A stretch of 64,000 bases of DNA from a bacterium (GTDB lineage: Bacteria; SAR324; JACQKK01). A program made the translations under genes and the position numbers. Of this stretch, positions 27,486 through 37,717 are shown one piece after another. The notes beneath the pieces are model-generated. The model was given only the letters and a program-made list of their open reading frames with translations, searched no databases and was not told the DNA's origin. How positions within the stretch are numbered: position 1 is the first letter of the stretch; the number at the start of each line of letters is the position of its first letter. The stretch lies in NCBI GenBank assembly GCA_965240465.1, contig OZ251219.1, positions 1,216,001 through 1,280,000 of the forward strand, in the 5' to 3' direction.

Positions 27486-29126
27486 TCATTTTCTTTGCTT
27501 CTGGCTGGCTTGGTTAAATTGATTCGGGTGTTGTTGCGACAAATGTTTCTGCGACAAATGTTTTTGCAGCAAGTTTTGTTTTATCAGCTGTCGTTGTAGC
27601 TTGCCATTGCTTGTTCGGGGGAGGGCATTTTCTTTTTTAATCCAGATAAATCTCTTGGGATGCTTCCAAGCCGCCAATCTTGCCTGACAATGAACTTTGA
27701 GAGCTTCATCATCGGGCTTGACTTGGGAGTCGTCTGCCACCAAAACAGCCGTGATGGACTCTCCCCAGCGAGGATCGGGCATGCCTATTATGGCAGCATC
27801 GCGGATGGCAGCATGCTCTGTTAGGGCTTGCTCCAACTCAGCTGGATGAATGTTCACTCCGCCACTGATGAGCATATCGCCCAAGCGTCCCAAATAAAAA
27901 TAAAACCCATCGGGGTCTTGACGGAGTATGTCGTCACTGCGTCCGTACCTGTTGCCATCGCTGTCTACCGAAAAGAATGAAGTGCTGGGGTCGTTGAGAT
28001 AGCCATCCATCATGCAGGGGGTACGCATGGTGAGCTGCCCAGGCTGACCTTGAGAAACTGGATGATTAAGGTCATCGGTTAGCTGTAGCTGGCAATAAGG
28101 GCTGGCTCTTCCTAGGCTGTTAGGGTGACTTTGATGCCCATCTTCGTCTAAGCCTAAGCAAAAGCCAGCTTCTGTTTGTCCGAAGCCTTGGAACCATTTA
28201 ACGCCAGGGAGCAGGCGGCGTAATTGCAGGACGATATCCGTCTGGGTGGGAGCAGCACCATAAACGATGTACTCTAAAGCTAGGGCGGGAACTTTCTCGG
28301 GCAAGCAGCTAAGCAACTTGAAAAGCATGGTAGGTACCGCAGGCAGATGAGTAATCCCTTGCTGGGCTAAGTCCTCCCAACACTGAAAAGCATTAAAACG
28401 AGTACGAAAAAATAAAGCCGCCCCCGATAACACAGCTGCCCAAATCAACCACTGACCAAATTGATGATGCAAAGGCAAGGCACACCAAATGATATGGCTA
28501 TCATTCAACTGGAGATTCTCTACGTGCATAAATGCATGCGATAACTTGGCGCGTTGACTAATCACCACCCCCTTGGGCTGACCGCTGGCACTGCTGGTAC
28601 CGCTGGTAAATAAAACCTGCATGGGAGACTCAGTAGTAACCACAGGGCTCTCTACCCGAATATCATCAGCGCGAAGCCGTTCACCCAGAAGCAGATCGTC
28701 CAGTAGCAGATCGTCCAGTAGCAGCATCTCAATCTTTAGCTTAAGGCTCGCCAGCACCCCCTCAAAGATTGGTTGCTCGGGTTGCTCCAGCCAGAGCAAT
28801 CGGGGCTGCAACTTTGTTAGCATGTATTGCAACTCAGGAGGCTTGCTATTGATGGGAATATGACCCAGAACAACCCCCGCCATGGCAGCTCCAAACTGAA
28901 CCGCCAATGAGCCAAAACCAGCCCTAGCACAAATGGCTACTCGCGTACCTGCCTCCAAACCCTGCACTCTCAGCTGCTCGGCTACCCCCAGAGATGCTCG
29001 TTCTAGCTCTTGCCAAGTCCAGCTCCTCCCGCCTAAGTAGCAGCAAATCTTCGCTGGTGAACGCTCAGTCCGCTCTTTCAATATGCTTTTCAGCGAAATT
29101 GTGCTAGAAAGTGGAAGAGATAACAT
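27486..29126 (-). CDS. Acyl-CoA synthetase / AMP-binding enzyme
   Basis: FTSGTSS..PKG, GFGQTEAG, ISGGVNIHP and LPRTSNGK motifs. Confidence 0.9.
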   Translation of the reverse strand: MLSLPLSSTISLKSILKERTERSPAKICCYLGGRSWTWQELERASLGVAEQLRVQGLEAGTRVAICARAGFGSLAVQFGAAMAGVVLGHIPINSKPPELQYMLTKLQPRLLWLEQPEQPIFEGVLASLKLKIEMLLLDDLLLDDLLLGERLRADDIRVESPVVTTESPMQVLFTSGTSSASGQPKGVVISQRAKLSHAFMHVENLQLNDSHIIWCALPLHHQFGQWLIWAAVLSGAALFFRTRFNAFQCWEDLAQQGITHLPAVPTMLFKLLSCLPEKVPALALEYIVYGAAPTQTDIVLQLRRLLPGVKWFQGFGQTEAGFCLGLDEDGHQSHPNSLGRASPYCQLQLTDDLNHPVSQGQPGQLTMRTPCMMDGYLNDPSTSFFSVDSDGNRYGRSDDILRQDPDGFYFYLGRLGDMLISGGVNIHPAELEQALTEHAAIRDAAIIGMPDPRWGESITAVLVADDSQVKPDDEALKVHCQARLAAWKHPKRFIWIKKENALPRTSNGKLQRQLIKQNLLQKHLSQKHLSQQHPNQFNQASQKQRK

Positions 29127-29263
29127 TATGGCTCTGCAAAAGTCTCAAAATAACAAGTACCCTAGATACCAGCATGCTCTTTCATCAATATCAATGTGGA
29201 GTATTCTTGCTTAGTACATGAATTCCTAGTCGGTAATTCTGTTCGCAATTCTTATAAGGAAAT

Positions 29264-32041
29264 ATGGTATCTCAGCCTCTTAAGAAGCCTATCATCACGG
29301 AAATGTTAGCTGCCGAAGAGCAGATCACTCCCTTATTCAGTGAGGGAGGAAGAGGATGGGGATTAATAGCCCGCCAGCAAGTCACACTCGCTTCCTGTGG
29401 AGCCAATATCCTAGACGGCTTTGTTTTGTCTGCAGATCTGCTTAGCCAAATAACCGAAGAAAAATCAATCCCGCTGGATGCCAAAGAAAAGATTGCCGAA
29501 AGCATAAAGGCACTTGAAAAAAGCAGTGGCAAATCTTTTGGAGCTACCAATTCTCCTGAAAAAAGCAGTGGCAAATCTTTTGGAGCTACCAATTCTCCCC
29601 CACTATTATTAAGTCTGACATTGGAATATCCAAGAGAGCCTATGGATAGGGGACAAGAGGAAGGTTCTCCACTAATCTCTTATAATGAACGAAGACGACG
29701 TTTTGTTAACTTAGGTTTGGTTAACAGCACAATGGAGGCTTGGCTGAAAAGCGGTGCAGAACCGCGTCAGGTTTGGGATGCCTGCCGTCGGCAAGTGGAA
29801 CGCTGGGCAATCATTATGGCAGGGGAAAAAGAAGAGAAGTGGGAAGATGAGATGGCACGCCTCAGTCGGAAATATCTTGATTATGGCACGAGACACTATG
29901 CAGGGCTTTCAGCTACCGAGACGGAAAACTTCACTAAAGAAATTCAAGGGTTGTGTGAAGATTGTGAGATTGCTCAGTTGAAGGATGATCCGTGGGAGCA
30001 GCTATGGCAGGTGATTACCGAATTTTACCGTAAAGCACCAGAGAAGGAGCATTTGAAAAAAAAGGACTATCCAAGCATGTTGGTGCGGGAAGCACCCCAA
30101 GGTTTTAGCCCTACAGGAGGGGCAGGGGTTTTGCAATCGCGTATTCCCATGACAGGTGAGGTGGGTTGGCATGGTTCTTTTGCACCATTTGCACAATTGG
30201 ATGATTTATTCTATGGCAATCGGTTGCCTGAAAAAGCAGCCTATTTTTGTGAAAAATTTCCGAAAATATTGCAAGAACTATCGGCTTTGTCAAAAAAGCT
30301 GGAAGATAAGCAAAAAGAAGTAAAAAAAATATTTTTTGTGTTGGAATCAGAGCAAGGACGGTATCCTGAGTTGCTAGTCTTAAGTACACGGGAAGCAAGT
30401 TTTAGTCCTGAGGTTTCCTTTCATGTGGCTTTAGATATGCAAGCTAAGGGCATATTGGATGAAAAGGAAACCATGGCCCTAATCCAGCCTGAGTTTATTC
30501 GTAGCCACTTGCATTCCAAATTGGATGTCTCTAAGACCGCCTCCCTGTTTTGCCAAGGATTGCCCGCCTCGGCAGGATGCGCGGTGGGTCAGCTGGTACT
30601 ATTTGCAGAAAATGCCGAAAAATTGGTGGAGCAAGGCAAACAGGTGATCTTGGTGCGTCATGAAACCACCCCAGAAGATATTAATGGGCTGAAATCTGCT
30701 GATGGAGTACTGACTTCGGGTGGAGGTTATACTTCGCATGCGGCATTGGTGGCTCGGGGAATGGGTAAGCCCGCAATAGTAGGGGTGAATACCCTAGTGG
30801 TAGATTATCTGCTGAACGAGATCTGCTACCAAGGGATTACATTGCAACAAGGAGACTGGATTAGCATGGACGGAGCAACAGGTAAGGTATATGCGGGCAA
30901 ACTAGACACCATACCCCCTGTTATATCCCACGAGGTGCATAAAGTACTCAGGCTGGCTGATAAAACCAGAACCCTGAAAGTGCGTGCCAATGCAGATAAC
31001 GTAGCCGATGCCCGTTGTGCCTTAGAAAATGGGGCAGAAGGAATAGGACTATGTCGCACCGAACATATGTTTTTTGACATGGAAAGGATCACTACCTTTC
31101 GCAAAATGATCCTCTCGGACACCGAAGAAGAATGTGATAAAGCCCTAGCTGAACTGCTGCCTCTACAAAGAGAAGATTTCTTGGAAATATTTCGGGTGAT
31201 GAAGGAACTCCCAGTAACTATTAGGCTGCTAGACCCGCCTCTGCACGAATTCCTGCCCAGAGGAGATAGATCCCGATCCCGAATGTCCAAAGCTATGGGC
31301 TTATCGGTACAGGATATCCAAAGGAGAATAGATGTCATGGCAGAGCAAAACCCGATGATGGGTAGACGCGGTTGCCGATTGGCGTTCACTAATCCAGGTA
31401 TTTATAAAATGCAAACCCGTGCCATCGTGGAAGCCGTTTCCTTGGCATCTCAGGAGGGCATTAAGGTCAAGGCAGAGATCATGATCCCCCTCGTCAGTGA
31501 TTGTCGTGAACTATGGATGCTGCGTTCGCAGATAGATGAAATTATCTCAGAAGAAAAAAACAAGGAACTAAGCAAGGAACTAAACATAGAAATTGGTGCC
31601 ATGATAGAAACTCCGCGGGCTGCCTTGTGTGCTGGTGAACTGGCAGAACATGCCGATTTTCTCTCCTTTGGAACCAATGACCTCACCCAAATGACCTATG
31701 GGATTTCTCGTGATGATACGGAAAGTTTCCTCCCAACATACTTTCAAAAAGGAATATTAGATAAAAACCCCTTCGTGAATATTGATGTCCGTGGGGTAGG
31801 CGAATTGCTGGACATAGCAGTTCAAAGGGCTCGGTCGGTAAAAGAAAACATAAAACTAGGCATTTGTGGAGAACACGGTGGAGATGCCTATTCGGTGCGG
31901 GAATTTCACAAACTAGGCTTGGATTATGTCAGTTGTTCTCCCTTTCGCTTATTGGAGGCTCGCTTGGCAGCGGGTAATTCGGTAGCCAGAGGAACTAAAA
32001 TCAGGTATCAGCCCCCCCCCCCAAGGTCAATCCTTAGCTGA
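29264..32041 (+). CDS. ppdK: Pyruvate phosphate dikinase (PpdK) homolog with degenerate N-terminal nucleotide-binding domain
   Basis: GGYTSHAALVARGMG, GIGLCRTEHMFF, TIRLLDPPLHEFLP, MIETPRA, SFGTNDLTQ and GICGEHGGD are intact; GGKG, SVRSG and DIEF motifs are absent. Confidence 0.88.
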   Translation: MVSQPLKKPIITEMLAAEEQITPLFSEGGRGWGLIARQQVTLASCGANILDGFVLSADLLSQITEEKSIPLDAKEKIAESIKALEKSSGKSFGATNSPEKSSGKSFGATNSPPLLLSLTLEYPREPMDRGQEEGSPLISYNERRRRFVNLGLVNSTMEAWLKSGAEPRQVWDACRRQVERWAIIMAGEKEEKWEDEMARLSRKYLDYGTRHYAGLSATETENFTKEIQGLCEDCEIAQLKDDPWEQLWQVITEFYRKAPEKEHLKKKDYPSMLVREAPQGFSPTGGAGVLQSRIPMTGEVGWHGSFAPFAQLDDLFYGNRLPEKAAYFCEKFPKILQELSALSKKLEDKQKEVKKIFFVLESEQGRYPELLVLSTREASFSPEVSFHVALDMQAKGILDEKETMALIQPEFIRSHLHSKLDVSKTASLFCQGLPASAGCAVGQLVLFAENAEKLVEQGKQVILVRHETTPEDINGLKSADGVLTSGGGYTSHAALVARGMGKPAIVGVNTLVVDYLLNEICYQGITLQQGDWISMDGATGKVYAGKLDTIPPVISHEVHKVLRLADKTRTLKVRANADNVADARCALENGAEGIGLCRTEHMFFDMERITTFRKMILSDTEEECDKALAELLPLQREDFLEIFRVMKELPVTIRLLDPPLHEFLPRGDRSRSRMSKAMGLSVQDIQRRIDVMAEQNPMMGRRGCRLAFTNPGIYKMQTRAIVEAVSLASQEGIKVKAEIMIPLVSDCRELWMLRSQIDEIISEEKNKELSKELNIEIGAMIETPRAALCAGELAEHADFLSFGTNDLTQMTYGISRDDTESFLPTYFQKGILDKNPFVNIDVRGVGELLDIAVQRARSVKENIKLGICGEHGGDAYSVREFHKLGLDYVSCSPFRLLEARLAAGNSVARGTKIRYQPPPPRSILS

Positions 32042-32102
32042 AATACTGAAGAGAAGCCAAGTAAAGAGCCAAGTAAAGAGCCATGTAAAGCCAGAGAAAT
32101 CA

Positions 32103-32753
32103 TTATTGACTAGGATTGATAGTGATGAGTTCCACCTCGGGTGGGGGAGTGAAGGTGAAGTAGTTTTTGGGAAATTTGGTACGCCTTTTCATTTTTGTGA
32201 GTTTTAGAAGATGGATTTCGCCACCTGCAGTGGGTTGCAGGCGTAAAACCCGTAGCTGACCGTGCTTGAGTACTCCGACCTCAAATTCGCTAACGAGTGC
32301 CAAGGGTTTCAGGGGTTTTAGACGCAGGAAGGCAAGTTTTCCTTTTCGGCGTTGCGAGATACAAGCAAATGTTTCTTGTAAGTTAGCAAGTTCCAGTAGG
32401 AAGGTCAGCGGGGTTCCGCCAGTGAAGTTTGCTAGGGGTTGTGCCAGCACGCTTTTCAGCAAGGGATCGTAGAGCCAGACGGTTTTGTTGTCGGTGATTA
32501 CCAGCTGGCGATGGGGCTTTTGATAATCCCAACGCATGCCTCGTTTTTGCTGATACCATATTCTGCCACTAGCGGTGCTGGAAGTGCTTTCATGATGCTG
32601 TTGTTGTTCAAAGCGGGCTTCAAACCCTGACAGTTGTCGGTAATGACTTTCTATTCGGGCTAGCAAGTCTGTGTTACAGGGCAGAGCCCAAGCTGAGGTA
32701 CTCAGGATTGTCATAATGGCGATTAATCCTATTCGGGTAATTAGCATTGGCAT
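32103..32753 (-). CDS. lolA: Outer-membrane lipoprotein carrier protein LolA
   Basis: FEARFEQ, MRWDYQKP, TVWLYDP and FTFTPP motifs; signal peptide. Confidence 0.85.
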   Translation of the reverse strand: MPMLITRIGLIAIMTILSTSAWALPCNTDLLARIESHYRQLSGFEARFEQQQHHESTSSTASGRIWYQQKRGMRWDYQKPHRQLVITDNKTVWLYDPLLKSVLAQPLANFTGGTPLTFLLELANLQETFACISQRRKGKLAFLRLKPLKPLALVSEFEVGVLKHGQLRVLRLQPTAGGEIHLLKLTKMKRRTKFPKNYFTFTPPPEVELITINPSQ

Positions 32754-32821
32754 ATAGTGGTGCGGGTGGGATAGTTTAGGTATTATCGCTTAACCTATCA
32801 CTTATTGCAGATCGCGGCTGG

Positions 32822-33799
32822 ATGGTTTTTAATTTTTTAGCCAGTTTTTTTTCGGGCGTGAGAGCGGTTTATCTGATAGCGGTCCTGTTATTGCTGACAC
32901 CCTCACTAGCATTTGCTCAGCAGGGGATGATGGATGCTTGGTCTTGGGAGCGATTGGTAATTACTCTGTTGATATTTGCCTTTTTTTTAGGAGTGCTATC
33001 GGTTTTGGCTGGGGTAGGTGGGGCATTGATTTTTGTTCCTTTGATGACTTTATGGGCTCCTTTTTTACATGTGGATTTTATTCGGGCGACTGGTTTAATG
33101 ATGGCTCTGGTGGGAGCTTTGTTTGCGGGACCGCTCTTGATACGCCAGCGATTAGTCAATTTTCGGCTGGCAATTTTGATAGGAATGCTAAGTTCTACTG
33201 GGGCTATTTTCGGAGCGAAGATAGGATTGAGATTATCGGTACCTTTATTACAGCAGCTATTGGTGATGGTGATGCTAGTGGTAGTGTGTATGTATTTGGT
33301 ACGCATTTCTAGAGGAGCTAAGGCAGCTCGTCAGCTGAAAACAGAGGAGAATGTTAGTCGCTGGCAGGGTTGGCTGAGGTTGGAAGCTCAGCTTTATGAT
33401 TTTCCCAATCAACGCTGGTTAAGTTGGCAACCACGATTTTTATGGTTTTCGCTGGTGATGGTGGTGGGAGGAGGATTTCTTTCGGGCATGTTAGGGCTAG
33501 GAGGAGGATGGATTTATGTGCCGCTGTTAAATTTGGTGATGGGACTGCCATTGCGTTTTGCGGTAGCGACCAGTGGTTTTATCATTGCCATTGTGAACAC
33601 CGCGGCGGTGCCGATATACTTAAAACATGGGGCTTTGCAGCCATTGCTAAGTATCCCTTGTGTACTAGGAATGGTGTTGGGTGCGAGATTGGGGTCAAGA
33701 CTGTTGCGTGTTGCCGACCATTACTGGCTGCAGTGGCTAGTATTATTGGTATTGTGTTTTTCGGGATTTCGGATCTTATTGAGGAGCTTTGGCTGGTAA
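32822..33799 (+). CDS. Sulfite exporter TauE/SafE family membrane protein
   Basis: Duplicated GVGGA..VP / GLGGG..VP motifs and AVATS; many TM helices. Confidence 0.88.
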   Translation: MVFNFLASFFSGVRAVYLIAVLLLLTPSLAFAQQGMMDAWSWERLVITLLIFAFFLGVLSVLAGVGGALIFVPLMTLWAPFLHVDFIRATGLMMALVGALFAGPLLIRQRLVNFRLAILIGMLSSTGAIFGAKIGLRLSVPLLQQLLVMVMLVVVCMYLVRISRGAKAARQLKTEENVSRWQGWLRLEAQLYDFPNQRWLSWQPRFLWFSLVMVVGGGFLSGMLGLGGGWIYVPLLNLVMGLPLRFAVATSGFIIAIVNTAAVPIYLKHGALQPLLSIPCVLGMVLGARLGSRLLRVADHYWLQWLVLLVLCFSGFRILLRSFGW

Positions 33800-33809
33800 G
33801 ATTACCTTG

Positions 33810-34188
33810 CCTCCTCGGTGCTTTCCATACTTTCTCAATAGCTCCCTCAATACTTTCTCGGTGCTTCCTCAATACTTTCCAATACTTTCTCAATGTTTCC
33901 TCAATGCTTTCTCGGTGCTTAATGCTCCCTCAATATACTTTCTCAATAGCTCCCTCAATGCTTAATGCTCGGTGCTTCCTCAATACTTTCATACTTTCTC
34001 AATAGCTCCCTCAATGCTTAATGCTCGGTGCTTCCTCAATACTTTCATACTTTCTCAATGCTCCCTCAATATACTTTCTCAATGTTTCCTCAATGCTTAA
34101 TGCTCGGTGCTTCCTCAATACTTTCATACTTTCTCAATGCTCCCTCAATATACTTTCTCAATGCTTAATGCTCTCGGTGCTTCCTCAA
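33810..34188. repeat. Complex satellite of ~11-bp related monomers with higher-order repeats
   Basis: Monomers CTCAATACTTT / CTCGGTGCTTC / CTCAATGCTT; a ~50-bp block recurs three times. Confidence 0.9.
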
Positions 34189-34192
34189 AAGG

Positions 34193-34594
34193 ATGGTTAT
34201 GAAATCAAGAACTAGCGATGACTCACAACGCCAGCCATTGATAAAGTCCGAAGTGGGTTTGGATGCTTCATTTGCTCGGGTGTTGCGATTTTCCGTTTGG
34301 GGAACCTTGGGTTTTGCGATAATAAGTTTCGGGTTGTACCTAGCGGAATTTTCGGTAGTTCACTTGCCCTTGGAGCAGGTGATAGAGGGTTTGGCTCATA
34401 GGGATGGCGTAAAGCACCTCAATGGTGAGGGCGGCGACGATATTCTTGGTCTAACATCCTTGAGATTATTGAGTATGACCCTCTGGCTACCATATTTATT
34501 ATTGGTAGTGTTTTTTTATCGGCGAGGTGATTGGCTGTACTTGTTTTTATCCTTGTTACAGCTGGGAGTATTTGGTTTATCTTCTTTTATATAA
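34193..34594 (+). CDS. Small membrane protein (DUF1634-like TauE partner)
   Basis: Three hydrophobic segments and FFYRRGDWLY; downstream of TauE. Confidence 0.6.
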   Translation: MVMKSRTSDDSQRQPLIKSEVGLDASFARVLRFSVWGTLGFAIISFGLYLAEFSVVHLPLEQVIEGLAHRDGVKHLNGEGGDDILGLTSLRLLSMTLWLPYLLLVVFFYRRGDWLYLFLSLLQLGVFGLSSFI

Positions 34595-34654
34595 GCGATA
34601 GAAGCGAACGATTATTGAAAAGTAGTCTTGCTCCCCGTGAGATGAACGCCCAAT

Positions 34655-35761
34655 TTAAGAATGTTTCTCATAAGAATGTTTCTTGGCAAAATGTTCCAAA
34701 AATTCAGCCAAAGCATGTACTCCCTCCATGGACATTCCATTGTAAATGGAAGCCCGTAGGCCTCCAACAGCAGGATGCCCCTTGAGAAAATGTAATCGGT
34801 GCTGGCTGGCTGTGGTGATAAATTCCTCACGCAAAGATTCATCACGCAGGTAAAATGTAACATTCATCAAAGAGCGATCAATAGGGCGAGCATTAGTCCG
34901 ATAGCACGACTCGCACCGATCTAATATCTGATAAAGCACCTTGCTTCTCTCAATACTGAGACGCTGCATTTCTTTAACACCACCCATTTTTTTCAGCCAT
35001 TTCAATATCAAGTTTGCTACATAAATGGCAAAAGTATTGGGAGTGTTGAGCAAGGGATTCTCTACAAGATTGGTGTAGTTCAGAAGCAAGGGAGTCTTAG
35101 GAAGGACTTTTCCCAGCAGATCATCGCGGATGATCACAATGGATAAACCCGAAGCTCCCAAGTTCTTTTGAGCTCCCGCGTAAATCAGCCCAAATTTGCT
35201 GACATCAAAGGGATAGCTACAGATGTCTGAGGTCATATCTGCCACTAAGGGCGTTTTAAGGCGAGGAAATTCCTTCCACTGAGTACCAACTATGGTGTTA
35301 TTACTAGTTAGGTGAATATAACTAGTTTCACGGTCATCAACCTCCTCCCAATTGACAGTCGGCAGGTGGTCGTACTTAGTGTCCTTGCTGCTGGCAGGGA
35401 TGTCCACCTGACCAAACAATCGGGCTTCCTCAATTGCTCTGGTGGAAAACACGCCACTCTCTATGTACTTAGACTTATGCTGAGGACGATAATCCAGCAA
35501 ATTCAAAGGAACAGCAGAAAACTGCATCTGTCCGCCTCCATGGACAAAAAGTACTTGGTAATCGGCTGGGATGTTGAGTATCTCACGCAACAGAACCGCG
35601 GTATCCTCCAGCAATAACTTGAAGTCCTTACCATGGTGGCTAATCTCAATCAAAGATGCCCCTAGCCCCTGATAACTTAAAAACTCATCTTTTACCTGCT
35701 GCATCACAGGCAAAGGAATGGTTGCGGGACCAGCACAAAAATTAAAAAAACGCTCGCTCAT
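34655..35761 (-). CDS. serC: Phosphoserine aminotransferase
   Basis: NFCAGPA, NNTIVGTQ, DMTSD, GAQKNLG and GGLRASIYN motifs. Confidence 0.96.
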   Translation of the reverse strand: MSERFFNFCAGPATIPLPVMQQVKDEFLSYQGLGASLIEISHHGKDFKLLLEDTAVLLREILNIPADYQVLFVHGGGQMQFSAVPLNLLDYRPQHKSKYIESGVFSTRAIEEARLFGQVDIPASSKDTKYDHLPTVNWEEVDDRETSYIHLTSNNTIVGTQWKEFPRLKTPLVADMTSDICSYPFDVSKFGLIYAGAQKNLGASGLSIVIIRDDLLGKVLPKTPLLLNYTNLVENPLLNTPNTFAIYVANLILKWLKKMGGVKEMQRLSIERSKVLYQILDRCESCYRTNARPIDRSLMNVTFYLRDESLREEFITTASQHRLHFLKGHPAVGGLRASIYNGMSMEGVHALAEFLEHFAKKHSYEKHS

Positions 35762-35956
35762 AGAAAGTCAGTTAAAAAATTATCACCTCACAAAAACCAA
35801 ATGAAAAATAGCTCCATTGATGGTAAATGCAACTGCATAAAATGGCAAACATAAGATGGATAGTACGCATGGTAATACAGTTGCAAATGTTTATCCGCTA
35901 CACTAAACTGAACATCGGTGGTTGTGGTGAACTTAAGACTGCGGGGTAAAGCAAAA

Positions 35957-37492
35957 ATGACTCTTGAAAAAAATATTTCTCCACCCGCATCAAGCGATCT
36001 TAAGCAGTCTCGTCAGCAAAAACTAACCGCCTTGCGTTCGCTGGGAGTTCAGCCATATGCTCATCGGTTTCAGGTTTCTCATAGGGTGGAAGTTCTTCAG
36101 CGGGCAGGGGACTTGTTGAAAAGCGGACAAAGCATCACTATTGCGGGTCGTTTGGTTACCTCTCGCGATATGGGCAAAGCTGCATTTGCACACCTAAAGG
36201 ATGGTCTCTATCGGATGCAATTTTACATCCGTAGCGATGCTGTCTCGCCCCGTGATTTTCAGGTATTTCAGCTTGCCGACCTCGGTGATTACATCGGGCT
36301 GGAAGGCAGCCTCATGCGTACTCGGACTGGAGAGATCACCCTGCGAGTCACTCGCTTCACCATGCTGACAAAATCGGTCCGCCCCTTGCCGATCGCTAAG
36401 GTAGAAGAGCGAAAAGGAGAGCAAATAGTGCATGATGCTTTCAGCGATGTGGAACTCCGTTACCGACATCGCACGGCAGACCTGGCCACCAATGATTCCT
36501 CTGTTAAGGTATTTTTGCAGCGTTCAGAGATTATCCAAATACTACGCGGCTATTTGCTGGAGCAAGGTTTTTTAGAAGTGGAAACTCCAGTGCTACAAAA
36601 CATTTATGGCGGAGCAGCCGCGGCACCATTTACCACTCATCACAATAGCCTAGACCTTAAAATGTATCTTAGAATTGCCACCGAGCTTTATCTAAAGCGG
36701 TTGGTGGCTGGTGGTCTAGATAGAGTATTTGAGATCGGCAAGGTGTTTCGCAATGAAGGAATTGATAGCTCACACAATCCTGAGTTCACCATGGTGGAAT
36801 TTTATCAAGCCTACGCCGACTATAAGGACATGATGGAGCATGTGGAAAATATTTTTGTCCGCTGTGCCCAAGCCATTTGCGGAAAAAAAACTATTCCCTT
36901 TAGAGGGCATGAAATAGACTTAACTCCTCCTTGGAAACGCATGACCATGCTGGAGGCGGTCTCTAAATTAGGAAAAATTGATTTTGCATCTCTGGACGAT
37001 AAAGCCGTTGAAGCCTTACTATTAGATCGTGGTTGGAATCTGCCCTTAGGTTATCAGCGTGGCTTAGCTTTGGCGAAGCTATTTGAAGAGCTATGCGAAT
37101 CTCAACTGATTCAGCCTACTTTTATCACCGATTTCCCTGCTGAAACTACTCCATTATGTAAGCGTCATCGTCAGTTTCCCGAACTGGCGGAACGCTTTGA
37201 GCCTTTCATAGGCGGTTGGGAAATGGGTAATTCTTACTCCGAACTAACTGAGCCCGCCCTGCAGCGTCAGTTGTTGGAAGAACAAGCAAATAGGCTACAG
37301 CGTGGCGATGCCGAAGCACATCCCTTAGATGATGACTTCTTGTGTGCTATGGAATATGGCATGCCTCCTATGGGAGGAACAGGTCTGGGCGTAGACCGCC
37401 TAGTTATGCTGATCACGGGACAGCCATCCATTCGCGATGTGCTTTTTTTCCCCATTATGCGTCCGCAAAAAAAGGGCGATACTTCTCGATAG
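35957..37492 (+). CDS. lysS: Lysine--tRNA ligase (class II)
   Basis: EVETPVL, GGAAAAPF, LRIATELYLKRL, FRNEGID..HNPEF and GLGVDRL motifs. Confidence 0.97.
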   Translation: MTLEKNISPPASSDLKQSRQQKLTALRSLGVQPYAHRFQVSHRVEVLQRAGDLLKSGQSITIAGRLVTSRDMGKAAFAHLKDGLYRMQFYIRSDAVSPRDFQVFQLADLGDYIGLEGSLMRTRTGEITLRVTRFTMLTKSVRPLPIAKVEERKGEQIVHDAFSDVELRYRHRTADLATNDSSVKVFLQRSEIIQILRGYLLEQGFLEVETPVLQNIYGGAAAAPFTTHHNSLDLKMYLRIATELYLKRLVAGGLDRVFEIGKVFRNEGIDSSHNPEFTMVEFYQAYADYKDMMEHVENIFVRCAQAICGKKTIPFRGHEIDLTPPWKRMTMLEAVSKLGKIDFASLDDKAVEALLLDRGWNLPLGYQRGLALAKLFEELCESQLIQPTFITDFPAETTPLCKRHRQFPELAERFEPFIGGWEMGNSYSELTEPALQRQLLEEQANRLQRGDAEAHPLDDDFLCAMEYGMPPMGGTGLGVDRLVMLITGQPSIRDVLFFPIMRPQKKGDTSR

Positions 37493-37513
37493 GACTCCGC
37501 TAAGAGAAAGCCC

Positions 37514-37695
37514 TGCTGAGAGTGCTTGCTGAGAGTGCTTGCTGAGAGTGCTTGCTGGGATGCTCTTGCTGAGAGTGCTTGCTGGGATGCTCTTGCTGAG
37601 AGTGCTTGCTGGGATGCTCTTGCTGAGAGTGCTTGCTGGGATGCTCTTGCTGAGAGTGCTTGCTGGGAGCTCTTGCTGGGATGCTCTTGCTGAGA
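37514..37695. repeat. Tandem array of 13-bp (TGCTGAGAGTGCT) and 14-bp (TGCTGGGATGCTCT) monomers forming 27-bp higher-order units
   Basis: Pattern A A A B A B A B A B A B' B read directly. Confidence 0.93.
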
Positions 37696-37717
37696 CACCC
37701 TGCCTCTCAGATAGTGC

